Source: Chloroflexia bacterium (GTDB lineage Bacteria; Chloroflexota; Chloroflexia; Thermomicrobiales; CFX8). From it: 64,000 nucleotides of DNA. Under the pieces are notes generated by a model that saw only the letters and a list, made by a program, of their open reading frames with translations, did no database searches and was not told where the DNA came from. Shown one piece after another: positions 1 through 9,089 of the stretch. Every line of letters begins with the position of its first letter. Within the stretch, counting starts at the first letter, position 1. Location: the NCBI GenBank assembly GCA_030431755.1, contig JAUIIK010000005.1:2801-66800 (forward strand). Reading direction: 5' to 3'. The translations under genes and the position numbers were made by a program.

Positions 1-408
1 CAATCAACACTCATCACCGACAACATGGCAGCGACCGTGCTCGCCCGTGGCGACGTCCAGGCGGCGGTCGTCGGAGCGGACCGGGTTGCGGCCAACGGCG
101 ATGTCGCGAACAAGATCGGCACGCTCGGCGTCGCGATCCTCGCGCGGCACTACGACGTACCTTTCTACGTCGCCATCCCCACCTCGACGATTGACTTCGA
201 CTGCCCGGACGGCAGAGGCATCCCAATAGAGGAGCGTGCGCCGGCCGAGGTCCTTGAGTTTCGTGGTGCCAGGACAGCTGCCGCTGGAACCGAGGTCTAC
301 AATCCCGCGTTTGACGTGACGCCGGCCGAGCTGGTCTCAGCGATCATCACCGAGCATGGCGTCATCCGCCCGCCATATCGCGAGAACCTCGCAAAGCTAA
401 AGCGCTAG
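1..408 (+). CDS. mtnA: methylthioribose-1-phosphate isomerase (eIF-2B alpha/beta/delta-like), C-terminal part; 5' end outside window
   Basis: Frame 1 is open from base 1. The translation [44 protein letters not shown]...YNPAFDVTP...IITEHG matches the conserved MtnA/eIF-2B core. Stop TAG at 406-408. Confidence 0.85.
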   Translation, partial: QSTLITDNMAATVLARGDVQAAVVGADRVAANGDVANKIGTLGVAILARHYDVPFYVAIPTSTIDFDCPDGRGIPIEERAPAEVLEFRGARTAAAGTEVYNPAFDVTPAELVSAIITEHGVIRPPYRENLAKLKR

Positions 409-446
409 GTCCGGCTGTATAGAGGTTGATGCATTCGAACGCTCTC

Positions 447-851
447 GAGGGGTGGAGTTCATCTCCACCTTCATGCATCAAGTTGGGTGTTGGGCAGGAG
501 TATTGCGCTCCTGCTCGTCATCACACACCGCCAGACACCATTGGTTGTGAACGTCCCGCTCCGCGCCTGGCATCCCGAGGAAGGTTTTGCGCCCGAGGGA
601 TCTCCGGCCGGCAGCGCCGCGCTCCGTGAAGGACTACCTCGGTCGCTACGGCGCGACCGATCACCGCCTCGTACACCGGCGGATGGCACGCGCTCAACAA
701 GATCCCTCGGGCGCAAAGCCTTTCTCGGGATGACCATGTTGTTGCTGTGGTGTCTGCGGCCTGGAGCTGGCTGTCCGCAGATGTCGCGCGCGCCGTGAGC
801 AAACGGTTTGACTTGCTGCACGGCGGGCGAATCTATCTCCACCCCTACGAA
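447..851. mobile_element. about 400-bp non-coding foldback element bounded by inverted GTAGGGGTGGAG-type ends (MITE-like, repeat family B)
   Basis: Left end is TCGAGGGGTGGAGTTCATCTCCACC (447-469). Right end is the reverse complement of TTCGTAGGGGTGGAGATAGAT (831-851). Internal arms are complementary, e.g. 573-600 against 702-729. It lies between convergent gene ends, and only Arg/Pro/Ser-rich overlapping ORFs occur inside. Confidence 0.45.
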
Positions 852-902
852 TTCGTCTGCGACGTCTCCGCGATCGCTGGTCTGTAGTTGTGCGATCGGA
901 TG

Positions 903-3788
903 CTAGGCCTCCAGCGGCTCCGGATCGACCTCTTCGGGCAGCACGTCCAGATCATCGTCGCGCGCGGCGACGCCGATCAACAGCGACTGCTCGACGATAT
1001 CCCGGCGCACGAGCTCCTCGGCGTCTGCCAGCGCCTGTCGCAGTGGGTGATCTGGACGGGCGTTGGAGAGCATCTCGCGGACCTGGCGCATGAGATCGAG
1101 CGTCTTGTTGAAGGTCATCACCAGATCGCCCTCACTGAGGTCGATCTTCTCGATGATCGTCGAGATGTTCGCGCCGCCGCACCAGGCTCGGACGCCACCG
1201 TAGAAGCTAGCGTGGTGGCCGCTGGAGATGAACAGGCCGTTGGAACGCTCCGCGCCGACGATGTGCTTCTCGAGATCTTCCAACCGCCGGCGGAGTAGCA
1301 CGAGGTGCTTGGGCAACGTGTAATTGTTCCGCAAGCGGCTGTCCCGGTCGTAGGCGTACCAGGAGAAGACCTCCGCCAGCTCCGCGCCGCTGAGCTTGTC
1401 CAGCAGGCCGCGGTCGATCATCTCGCAGATGATCAAGCCGTTGTTGTCGAAGACGTCGGCCAGCAGATCGGTCTTGGCCGTCGGGTAGCCACGGTGCAGA
1501 TAGCCAAAGCGGTGCAGCACGTCGCGAATGCCGCGAATCAGGCTACGGATGCGTTCGGCTTCGCTGTCGAGCTCGGCCTTCAGCGACTGTTCGGAGCGGT
1601 CGCGTTCCTTCTCGAGGGCGATGGCGTAGCGAATGTTGTTCTGGTGCTCTTTCCGGCGCTCGCAGGCGTGACATGGATGGGCCTCGCGGGCATCCCGCGT
1701 CTCCTGGAGCTGCCGACGCGCGTCCTGCAGATCGTTCTCCAGCTCGGCTCGCGCGGCTTGTTGCTGCGCTTCGACCTTCTCGCGATGCTCGACGATCAGC
1801 TGGTCAAGGTCGGGCAACGGAAATGCGTCAACCTGGTCATGCACGGCGGTGACAACATCGAGCGGCATGAAGGTCATCAGGTCGCGCACCGGGCCATCGA
1901 GGACAGTGAGCTCCTCGGGCACATCGACGACGAACTCGCGCGCCGGCAGGTAGTCGATGTCACGGTACTGCTCCAGCCGCACGACCGACGTGCCGAAGAG
2001 GAACAGGCCAATCCCGCCCATGCCCTCGGGCCGCCCCAGGAAGACGCCCCAGCCGCCCCTGCGTGAGTGGACGACGACGCCTGGGCCACTGGTCCGGAAG
2101 AGGCGGCGCAATGCCTGCCGCCCCGGTTCCGACCAGGGGCGCTCGTCAACACGCATGTTCAGGTTGTCGCGGTCCTTCTCAATCGTCCGTGTCAGGTTGC
2201 TCAGGGCGTTGATCGAGCGGTTGAAGCCGCGATACTCGTCGAGCAAGTTCTCGCCGTCGTCGTAGCCGACCAGGCAACCACGCGGGATCTCCTGCGAGCG
2301 TTGCTCCAGGGCGACGATGTCCTCTTCGAGCTCGCGTGCCCGGCGGGCTGACTGGTGTTGCGCGAGCGACTGCTGCAACAGGAAACGTACTCGATTGCCG
2401 TGCGGCGGATCCCAGAGGTTGAGGACGGTGTTGTAGCGGATCGCGAAGGAGCTCATGACCGGTTCGAGCTCACCTGTCGCAATCTCCAGCATCGTCGAGA
2501 AGCGCACCCAGGGGGAGTATGGCGTGACGACGTGGCCGACCTCGTCCATCCCGCGCCGCCCGGCGCGCCCGGCCATCTGCTGGAACTCGTTCGGAATCAG
2601 CAGCCGGCGCTGGCGGCCATCCCATTTGTTCAGACGTCCGATAACGACCGACCGCGCCGGCATGTTGACACCGAGCGCCAGGGTATCGGTGGCAAAGACC
2701 ACCTGCATCAACCCGCGGCTGAACAGCACCTCGACGAGCTGCTTCAGAATCGGCAGCAACCCGGCATGGTGAAAACCGATGCCGCGCCGCGCGAAGCTGA
2801 TGATGTTGGCGACCTGTTCGAGCTGGCGGTCCTCCGGGCGCAAGCCGCGCAGCTGGCTGTCGATGACCTGCTCGATCTGCTCCGCCCGTTCGTCGTCCGG
2901 CACGAAGCGTGTCCGCATCATCGAGACGCGCTGGGCGTACTCCTCGCAATCGCGCCGTGAGAAGAGGAAGTAGATCGCCGGGAGCATCTGCCGCTGGTAC
3001 ATCGCCTGGAGGATCTCCCACGGTTGGGGTTCCTCCAGCTCCGCTTGCCGGCGGATTTCAGGCGTAATGCCACCACGGCGCATCTGCCGCCGGATCTCAC
3101 CGCCATACTTCGAGAAGTCGCCGACGATGTCGCCATTGTGATCAATGACCGGCCGCAGCTTCTTGTCCAGGTAGTAGTAGAGGGCCAGTGGAATCGCTCG
3201 CTCGTAGTGGGTAATCAGATGGATCGGGCGGTGGGTCCTGCCAATCCAGCCAGCGATCTCGTCGGCGTTCGAGACCGTCGCCGAGAGGCAGATGAGCTGG
3301 ACGTGCTCAGGGCAGAGGATGATCGCCTCTTCCCAGGTCGTGCCGCGCTCGGTGTCGGCGATGTAATGCACCTCGTCGAAGATGACACAATCGACCGTCT
3401 CGATCTCCCAGGGCGTCTGTAGCAGCATGTTGCGCAGTACTTCGGTGGTCATCACGAGGATCGGGGCGGCAGGGTTCTCGGTGACATCTCCCGTGAGCAA
3501 TCCCACCTGGTCGCGGTAGATTTCGCGCAGGTCTCGGAACTTCTGGTTGGAAAGCGCTTTAATTGGCGTCGTGTAGATGACCCGGCCCTGGCGGCGGAAG
3601 GCTTCGTAGACGCCGAACTCGGCGACGAGGGTCTTACCGGTGCCGGTCGGCGCAGCGACCATCACCGAGTCGCCACCCATGAACTTCTCGAGCGCCTCGC
3701 GCTGGAACGGGTCGAGGTTGAATGGGTAGAGCGCCTCGAACTGGTCGATGATCTCAGCAGTCGTCGGTTGCGAACTCGTGGATGTCAT
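903..3788 (-). CDS. Ski2-like DEVH-box RNA helicase (HelY-type, with DSHCT-like C-terminal region)
   Basis: 961-aa ORF with Walker A AAPTGTGKT, DEVH box (VIFDEVHYI), helicase C motifs (FHHAGL, QMAGRAGRRG) and a long C-terminal helical region. Confidence 0.85.
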   Translation of the reverse strand: MTSTSSQPTTAEIIDQFEALYPFNLDPFQREALEKFMGGDSVMVAAPTGTGKTLVAEFGVYEAFRRQGRVIYTTPIKALSNQKFRDLREIYRDQVGLLTGDVTENPAAPILVMTTEVLRNMLLQTPWEIETVDCVIFDEVHYIADTERGTTWEEAIILCPEHVQLICLSATVSNADEIAGWIGRTHRPIHLITHYERAIPLALYYYLDKKLRPVIDHNGDIVGDFSKYGGEIRRQMRRGGITPEIRRQAELEEPQPWEILQAMYQRQMLPAIYFLFSRRDCEEYAQRVSMMRTRFVPDDERAEQIEQVIDSQLRGLRPEDRQLEQVANIISFARRGIGFHHAGLLPILKQLVEVLFSRGLMQVVFATDTLALGVNMPARSVVIGRLNKWDGRQRRLLIPNEFQQMAGRAGRRGMDEVGHVVTPYSPWVRFSTMLEIATGELEPVMSSFAIRYNTVLNLWDPPHGNRVRFLLQQSLAQHQSARRARELEEDIVALEQRSQEIPRGCLVGYDDGENLLDEYRGFNRSINALSNLTRTIEKDRDNLNMRVDERPWSEPGRQALRRLFRTSGPGVVVHSRRGGWGVFLGRPEGMGGIGLFLFGTSVVRLEQYRDIDYLPAREFVVDVPEELTVLDGPVRDLMTFMPLDVVTAVHDQVDAFPLPDLDQLIVEHREKVEAQQQAARAELENDLQDARRQLQETRDAREAHPCHACERRKEHQNNIRYAIALEKERDRSEQSLKAELDSEAERIRSLIRGIRDVLHRFGYLHRGYPTAKTDLLADVFDNNGLIICEMIDRGLLDKLSGAELAEVFSWYAYDRDSRLRNNYTLPKHLVLLRRRLEDLEKHIVGAERSNGLFISSGHHASFYGGVRAWCGGANISTIIEKIDLSEGDLVMTFNKTLDLMRQVREMLSNARPDHPLRQALADAEELVRRDIVEQSLLIGVAARDDDLDVLPEEVDPEPLEA

Positions 3789-3934
3789 GAAAACGCGAAT
3801 TGAATGTGCATACGATTATCCGGTGTAAGTAAGACGAATAGTGAATCGGCCTGGCAACGTAACGTCGGCAGTATACCAACGCGCTCGTATTTTCCCGGAC
3901 AGCGCGTTGGTCCTGGATTGGCGGCGCACGGCGC

Positions 3935-5095
3935 ATGAGGATCGGCATCAACGCCCACAAGCTCTCCTTCGAGCCGGGTTTTCGCCAGGCCGGGACGAGC
4001 CGCTACATCGAGGCGCTGCTCCAGGAACTGCCTGACGTTGCGGGCGACGACGAGATCGTTGCATTCACCGGCCGGGTGCCTGATGACTGGCCGGAACGCT
4101 TCCCCGAGGAGATCACATGGCGACAGGCGCGTTTCGGCACGGCCTGGCCGCCGGCCCGGATCCTCTGGGAGCAATCCGCCGGCGCAGGGCTGGGGCGGCG
4201 TGAGCAACTGGATCTCCTGCACTGCCCGCTGAACATCGCGCCGGCCTTCCCCGGCGCGCCGACCGTCGTCACAGTCCACGACATCGCATTCGAGCGCTTC
4301 CCAGAGCACTATCCGGCCAGCCAGACACGCTATCTCTCAGCGATGACCCGCCTCTCGACCGAGCGCGCGGCGCAGGTCATCGCCGTCTCGCAGGCGACCC
4401 GAGACGACCTGGTAGACATCTATGGGCTCGATCCAGCCAAAGTCAGCGTCATCTACAACGGGGTCGAGGCGCAGTTTCAGCCTCGCGCAGACACCCTGTT
4501 GGAAGCGTTCCGCGCCGCCCAGGGCCTGCCGGATCAGTTCCTACTCTTCGTCGGCACCCTCCAACCACGCAAGAATCTGGACGGCTTGCTGCGGGCCTAC
4601 GCGCTCGTCGCCGACCGCATCGACTGGCCGCTGGTGGTGATAGGCGGCGCGGGTTGGCTCTACAGCCCCATCGGCCGGTTGGTCAAACGGCTCGGGTTGG
4701 CGGATCGCGTCCGTTTTGAGGGATATGTCGAACCGACCGATCTCCCCGACTGGTACGCCGCTGCCTCGATCTTCGCGCTACCCTCCCACTATGAGGGCTT
4801 CGGCCTGCCGGTCGTCGAGGCGATGGCAAGCGGCACGCCGGTCGTTACGTCAACCACGTCGTCGCTGCCCGAAGTCGCCGGCGAGGCCGCGCTGCTGGTC
4901 AACCCCGGCTCGCCGACCGCCATCGCCCGGGGTATCCTGCAACTAGCGGAAGATGGCGACCTTCGGCGACAATTAGCCGGCAAGGGTATCGAACAAGCGC
5001 GCCGCTTCTCGTGGCGCGACGCAGCACATGCGACCTACGCCGTCTACCAGCGTGCCGGAGGACCGGGGAGCAATACGGGCAGTGATAGCGATTAG
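3935..5095 (+). CDS. glycosyltransferase family 4 (GT-B fold)
   Basis: 386-aa ORF with the C-terminal signature PSHYEGFGLPVVEAMASGTPVVTS typical of GT4/GT1 enzymes. Confidence 0.8.
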   Translation: MRIGINAHKLSFEPGFRQAGTSRYIEALLQELPDVAGDDEIVAFTGRVPDDWPERFPEEITWRQARFGTAWPPARILWEQSAGAGLGRREQLDLLHCPLNIAPAFPGAPTVVTVHDIAFERFPEHYPASQTRYLSAMTRLSTERAAQVIAVSQATRDDLVDIYGLDPAKVSVIYNGVEAQFQPRADTLLEAFRAAQGLPDQFLLFVGTLQPRKNLDGLLRAYALVADRIDWPLVVIGGAGWLYSPIGRLVKRLGLADRVRFEGYVEPTDLPDWYAAASIFALPSHYEGFGLPVVEAMASGTPVVTSTTSSLPEVAGEAALLVNPGSPTAIARGILQLAEDGDLRRQLAGKGIEQARRFSWRDAAHATYAVYQRAGGPGSNTGSDSD

Positions 5096-6122
5096 CGGGC
5101 AAAGCAAGAAGATCGCGGAAGTCGGCGAGTTTGGGCTGATCAAAGGGATCTCGAACCTCATCCGGGCTTCGAAAGCCAACGCCTCGGCCATTGAGCTTGG
5201 CCCCGGCGACGACGCAGCGCTCTTCCGCACCCGCCCCGGCCACACAGCAACGATGACCACCGACACGCTGATCGAGGGCGTCCACTTCCGCCACGACTGG
5301 AGCAAAGCCGAGTCTATCGGGATCAAGGCCATGGCGGTCAATGCCAGCGACATGGCCGGCATGGGCGCGCGGCCGCGTGTCGCCGTCGTCTCGCTCGGCC
5401 TGAAGGGCACTGAAACCGACCGCTGGGTCTTTGAGTTCTATCGCGGCGCGCTGAAGGTCGCGGAGCGGCACGGCTTCGCCGTCGCAGGCGGCGACATCGT
5501 CTCCTCTCCCAAAGCGACAGTCGTCTCAGTCACCATCTATGGCGAGCTCTCGCCGCGCAAACCGCCGCTGCGACGCGACGCAGCGCAGCCGGGCGACGTC
5601 ATCGCCGTCACCGGACCGCTCGGCCTCTCCGCCGCCGGCGCTCGGGTACTCGCCGACGACAGCCTGAAGCTCGAAGGCTCGCCCAGAATGCTCGACGCCC
5701 ACCGCCGCCCGGAACCGCGCGTGCTTCAGGGGCTGCTTTTGCGTTACGCCGGCGTCCGCTGCGCGATGGACCTCTCGGACGGACTGCTCGGCGATCTGCC
5801 GAAGATCTGTGACGCCAGCGAGGTCTACGCCCTGCTTCGGGAGGACCAGCTGCCAGTGCCCCACGCGGTGCGCTGGGGCTTCCCTGACTGGTTCGACCTC
5901 GCCCTGCGCGGTGGCGAGGACTTCGAGCTGCTCTTTACCTGCCCGCCGGAGAACCTCGTGCTCGTGGAGATGCTCTTCCGGCGCTGGGGCTGCCCGCCGC
6001 CGATCCAGATCGGCGAAATCCAGGAGCCGCACGAACGCCGCGCCCAGATCCGCATGACCCACACCGACCGCCGCACATTCGACGTTGAACCCGGCGCCTG
6101 GGACCACTTCGGCGCGAAGTAG
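5082..6122 (+). CDS. thiL: thiamine-monophosphate kinase
   Basis: GEFGLI...GPGDDAA...TTDTLIEGVHFR...KAMAVNASDMAGMGA...GGD motifs of ThiL/AIR-synthase-like proteins. The ORF is open from 5028. The GTG at 5082, downstream of GGGGAG, is chosen as start and is uncertain. Confidence 0.8.
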   Translation: MIAISGQSKKIAEVGEFGLIKGISNLIRASKANASAIELGPGDDAALFRTRPGHTATMTTDTLIEGVHFRHDWSKAESIGIKAMAVNASDMAGMGARPRVAVVSLGLKGTETDRWVFEFYRGALKVAERHGFAVAGGDIVSSPKATVVSVTIYGELSPRKPPLRRDAAQPGDVIAVTGPLGLSAAGARVLADDSLKLEGSPRMLDAHRRPEPRVLQGLLLRYAGVRCAMDLSDGLLGDLPKICDASEVYALLREDQLPVPHAVRWGFPDWFDLALRGGEDFELLFTCPPENLVLVEMLFRRWGCPPPIQIGEIQEPHERRAQIRMTHTDRRTFDVEPGAWDHFGAK

Positions 6123-6314
6123 CGCCGGGCAGCGACCTGCGCGACAGAGAGCCATTGAATCGCCCACATGGGCGTCAAGATCCGAACACCAATCCTCAGT
6201 CGAATCTGCCGTGTTAGCGCCTTGGTAGACCAGTGTGCGTATAATTCCGACCGCATCACTCGGGATTCTGCCCGAATGGGAATTGCGTAGCTGGTTACTG
6301 GAAGGCGTAGGGGA

Positions 6315-7463
6315 ATGGACGTTCGCAGGTTTTCACGGCGCAGGCTCTTGAAGTACTCGCTAGCCGGCTCGTCGGCACTTTTGGCCCCATGGCTGCTGGC
6401 GGCATGTGGTGACGATGACGACGACGAGGATGCCGGCGCTGAAGCAGACCCGGAGGCCGACCCGGAGGCTGATCCTGAAGCTGACCCAGAAGCGGATCCC
6501 GAAGCCGACCCTGAATCCACTGAAGAGTTGGAACCAGGAAGTCTGATCGTCTACTCCGGTCGCTCGGAGGAGCTCGTCGGTCCGCTAATCGAGCGTTTCC
6601 GCGATGAAACAGGTATCGACGTTCAGGTGCAATACGCGGGAACCGCCGAGCTCGCGGCAACGCTGCTCGAAGAGGGTGGCAACACACCGGCAGATCTGTT
6701 CTTCGCCCAGGATGCCGGGGCGCTGGGCGCGGTCGCCGCAGAAGGCATGTTCGTCGAGCTGCCGCCGGAGATCCTTGACCGCGTACCGGAACGCTTCAGT
6801 TCCCGCGAGGGATTGTGGGTCGGACTGAGTGGCCGGGCGCGCGTCGTTGTCTACAACCGCGAGACCGTAAGTGAGTCCGATCTGCCCGCGTCGATTCTCG
6901 ATTTCACCGACTCGGAGTGGTCGGGGCGGCTTGGCTGGGCGCCGACGAATGGGTCGTTCCAGGCCTTTGTGACCGCGTTGCGCGTACTCGAAGGCGACGA
7001 TGTCGCGCGCGACTGGCTGGAAGGCATCCAGGCAAACGACGCTGCCGCCTACTCCGGCAACACCCAGGTCGTCCAGGCGGTCATCGATGGCGAGGTCGAT
7101 GCGGGCTTCGTCAACCACTACTACCTGTACCGCTTCGAGGAAGAGGCCGGCGGCGAGGTCGCAGCCGCCAACTACTGGTACCGCGACGGCGGGCCAGGCG
7201 CGTTGATCAACGTTGCGGGGGCTGGAGTCATCGACGGCGCAGAGCACCAGGACGAAGCGCTTCAACTCCTCGAATACATGTTGAGCGACGATGGGCAGCG
7301 CTACTTCGCCGACGAGACATTCGAGTACCCGCTCGCTTCCGGCATCGACGCCGACCCACGGCTGGCGCCGCTCGACGAGATCGAAACCCCGGATCTGGAT
7401 CTCTCGGATCTGGATGATCTGGACGGTACACTGCAACTGTTGACCGATGTCGGGTTGATCTAG
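6315..7463 (+). CDS. ABC transporter substrate-binding lipoprotein (family 1, Fe(III)/thiamine-type)
   Basis: Twin-Arg signal plus lipobox (RRRLL...LLAAC), an acidic linker, then an SBP_bac_1-like body (VYSGRSEELV...FFAQDAGAL...VNHYY). Confidence 0.75.
   Translation: MDVRRFSRRRLLKYSLAGSSALLAPWLLAACGDDDDDEDAGAEADPEADPEADPEADPEADPEADPESTEELEPGSLIVYSGRSEELVGPLIERFRDETGIDVQVQYAGTAELAATLLEEGGNTPADLFFAQDAGALGAVAAEGMFVELPPEILDRVPERFSSREGLWVGLSGRARVVVYNRETVSESDLPASILDFTDSEWSGRLGWAPTNGSFQAFVTALRVLEGDDVARDWLEGIQANDAAAYSGNTQVVQAVIDGEVDAGFVNHYYLYRFEEEAGGEVAAANYWYRDGGPGALINVAGAGVIDGAEHQDEALQLLEYMLSDDGQRYFADETFEYPLASGIDADPRLAPLDEIETPDLDLSDLDDLDGTLQLLTDVGLI
6447..6518 (+). repeat. six tandem 12-nt units encoding (DPEA)x5 + DPES in the lipoprotein linker
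   Basis: Units are GACCCGGAGGCC / GACCCGGAGGCT / GATCCTGAAGCT / GACCCAGAAGCG / GATCCCGAAGCC / GACCCTGAATCC. The peptide is conserved while third codon positions vary. Confidence 0.9.
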
Positions 7464-7472
7464 GAGCTTCAA

Positions 7473-9089
7473 CTGGCGACGAGCCGCCGGGCAGGCTGGA
7501 GAAACAGGGAGTGGCTCGCCATTTCCGGCGCACCCGCCCTACTCTGGCTCCCGGCGGTCGCCATCGCGCTGGCAGTCAACCTGCCGATCGCCTACCTCGT
7601 CATCCGCAGCTATCAGGGCGGCACGGAGTTGCTGGATCTGCTCTGGCGCGACCGTACGCTCACCCTGCTCAGGAACACGGTCCTCCTGACAGCGATCGTT
7701 ACCACTGCGTCAGTGCTCATCTCGCTGCCCTTTGCCTGGCTGGTGCAACGCACTGACCTGCCCGGCCGGCGCTTTTGGGGGATTGCCGGCGTGCTGCCGC
7801 TGGCGATCCCGAGCTATGTCGGGGGCTACGCGATCATTGCCGCGCTGGGACCGCGTGGCATGCTGCAGGGCTGGCTCGAACCCTTCGGCGTCGAGCGTCT
7901 TCCGGAGATCTACGGCCTGACCGGCGCATCCATAACTCTGACCGCTCTGATCTATCCCTACGTCTTGATCACGCTCAACGCTGCACTCCGTGGCATCGAT
8001 CCGGCCTATGAAGAAGCTGCCCGCTCGATGGGCTACGGCCCCTGGCGCACCTTTCTCTTCGTCGATATCCCGCTGCTGCGCCCGGCCATCGCCGCCGGCG
8101 GGCTGCTCGTGGCGCTGTACACGATTGGCGAATTCGGCGCCGTCTCGCTCCTGCGCTTCGACACCTTCACTCGCGCCATCTACACCCAGTACACCAACGC
8201 ATTCGACCGCTCGCTGGCGGCAGGGCTGGCGCTGCTCCTGATCAGCCTGACCGTCATCGTGCTCATCGTCGAAGCGATCACCCGTGGCCGGGCGCGCTAC
8301 TACCGCGTCTCGGCGGGTGGCGGACGCCCGGTCGCACGGCTAGAGCTCGGGCGCTGGACCGCGCCGGCCCTGGGCTTCTGCGCGCTGGTTGTGCTGCTGT
8401 CGCTGGTCATGCCGCTAGGCGTCATCGTCTACTGGCTCGCGCGCGGCCTAAGCGCAGGCGAGCCCTTGCGGCTGGTATGGGACGCCGCCTGGCAATCGTT
8501 CTACGTCTCCGGGCTGGCAGCGCTTGTGGCGATCGTCGTCGCGGTTCCGATCGCAGTGCTGGCGGTGCGCTTTCCAGGACGGATGAGCGCCACCGTCGAA
8601 CGCGCCAGCTACGCCGGGTACGCGCTACCGGGGATCGTCGTCGCGCTGTCGCTCGTCTTCTTCGGCGCGAACTACGCGCCCTGGATCTACCGCACGATCG
8701 GCATGCTGGTGCTGGCTTACACCGTGCGTTTCCTGCCGCAAGCTGTCGGCACGGTTAGAACCTCGCTTCTGCAAATCAGCCCGAGAGTCGAGGAGGCCGC
8801 TCGCAGCCTCGGGTACTCCGGCCCTCGCACCTGGTTGTGGATCACCGCGCCGCTGGCGCGCAAAGGTTTGCTCAGCGGCGCGGCGCTCGTCTTCCTGACC
8901 GTGATCAAAGAACTGCCGGCAACGCTACTGCTCCGACCAATCGGCTTCGACACGCTCGCAACCCGCATCTGGGGCGCTGCTTCGGAGGGCTTCTGGGCAC
9001 GAGCCGCCGCGCCGGCACTGATCCTGATTGCGGTCTCGGCCTTCGCGATGATCTTCATCGAGGGCGTTGGCCGCGAGCGAGAAGGCTAG
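7473..9089 (+). CDS. ABC transporter permease, duplicated (two-domain) FbpB/ThiP-type
   Basis: Two MetI-like permease halves. The frame is open from 7464 and encodes the first TM (APALLWLPAVAIALAVNLPIAYLVI), but the first ATG/GTG/TTG is at 7629. CTG at 7473 lies 6 nt after the AGGAG at 7462-7466, so the start is inferred. Confidence 0.7.
   Translation: MATSRRAGWRNREWLAISGAPALLWLPAVAIALAVNLPIAYLVIRSYQGGTELLDLLWRDRTLTLLRNTVLLTAIVTTASVLISLPFAWLVQRTDLPGRRFWGIAGVLPLAIPSYVGGYAIIAALGPRGMLQGWLEPFGVERLPEIYGLTGASITLTALIYPYVLITLNAALRGIDPAYEEAARSMGYGPWRTFLFVDIPLLRPAIAAGGLLVALYTIGEFGAVSLLRFDTFTRAIYTQYTNAFDRSLAAGLALLLISLTVIVLIVEAITRGRARYYRVSAGGGRPVARLELGRWTAPALGFCALVVLLSLVMPLGVIVYWLARGLSAGEPLRLVWDAAWQSFYVSGLAALVAIVVAVPIAVLAVRFPGRMSATVERASYAGYALPGIVVALSLVFFGANYAPWIYRTIGMLVLAYTVRFLPQAVGTVRTSLLQISPRVEEAARSLGYSGPRTWLWITAPLARKGLLSGAALVFLTVIKELPATLLLRPIGFDTLATRIWGAASEGFWARAAAPALILIAVSAFAMIFIEGVGREREG

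Noticed and set aside
426-842. Four overlapping ORFs (67-123 aa) inside the foldback element.
   Set aside because: They are mutually overlapping on both strands, have Arg/Pro/Ser/Gly-rich composition and no SD-like sequence, and lie within a palindromic repeat.
6246-6314. Possible TPP (THI-box) riboswitch upstream of the SBP gene, suggested by the adjacent thiL and a GCGUAGGGGA-like string.
   Set aside because: The CUGAGA motif is absent, and the CUGG...CCAG pyrimidine-sensor helix cannot be formed. Only a short 3' resemblance exists. A perfect TATAAT at 6240-6245 suggests an ordinary promoter.
6447-6518. Short regular repeats considered as a CRISPR-like or VNTR array.
   Set aside because: The units are 12 nt, contiguous with no spacers, and in frame inside a CDS encoding DPEA. 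This is not a CRISPR architecture.
7461-7463. SBP-permease fusion protein by read-through of the single TAG separating two same-frame ORFs.
   Set aside because: An exported lipoprotein fused to a polytopic permease is topologically implausible. An AGGAG plus CTG at correct spacing offers a simpler explanation.
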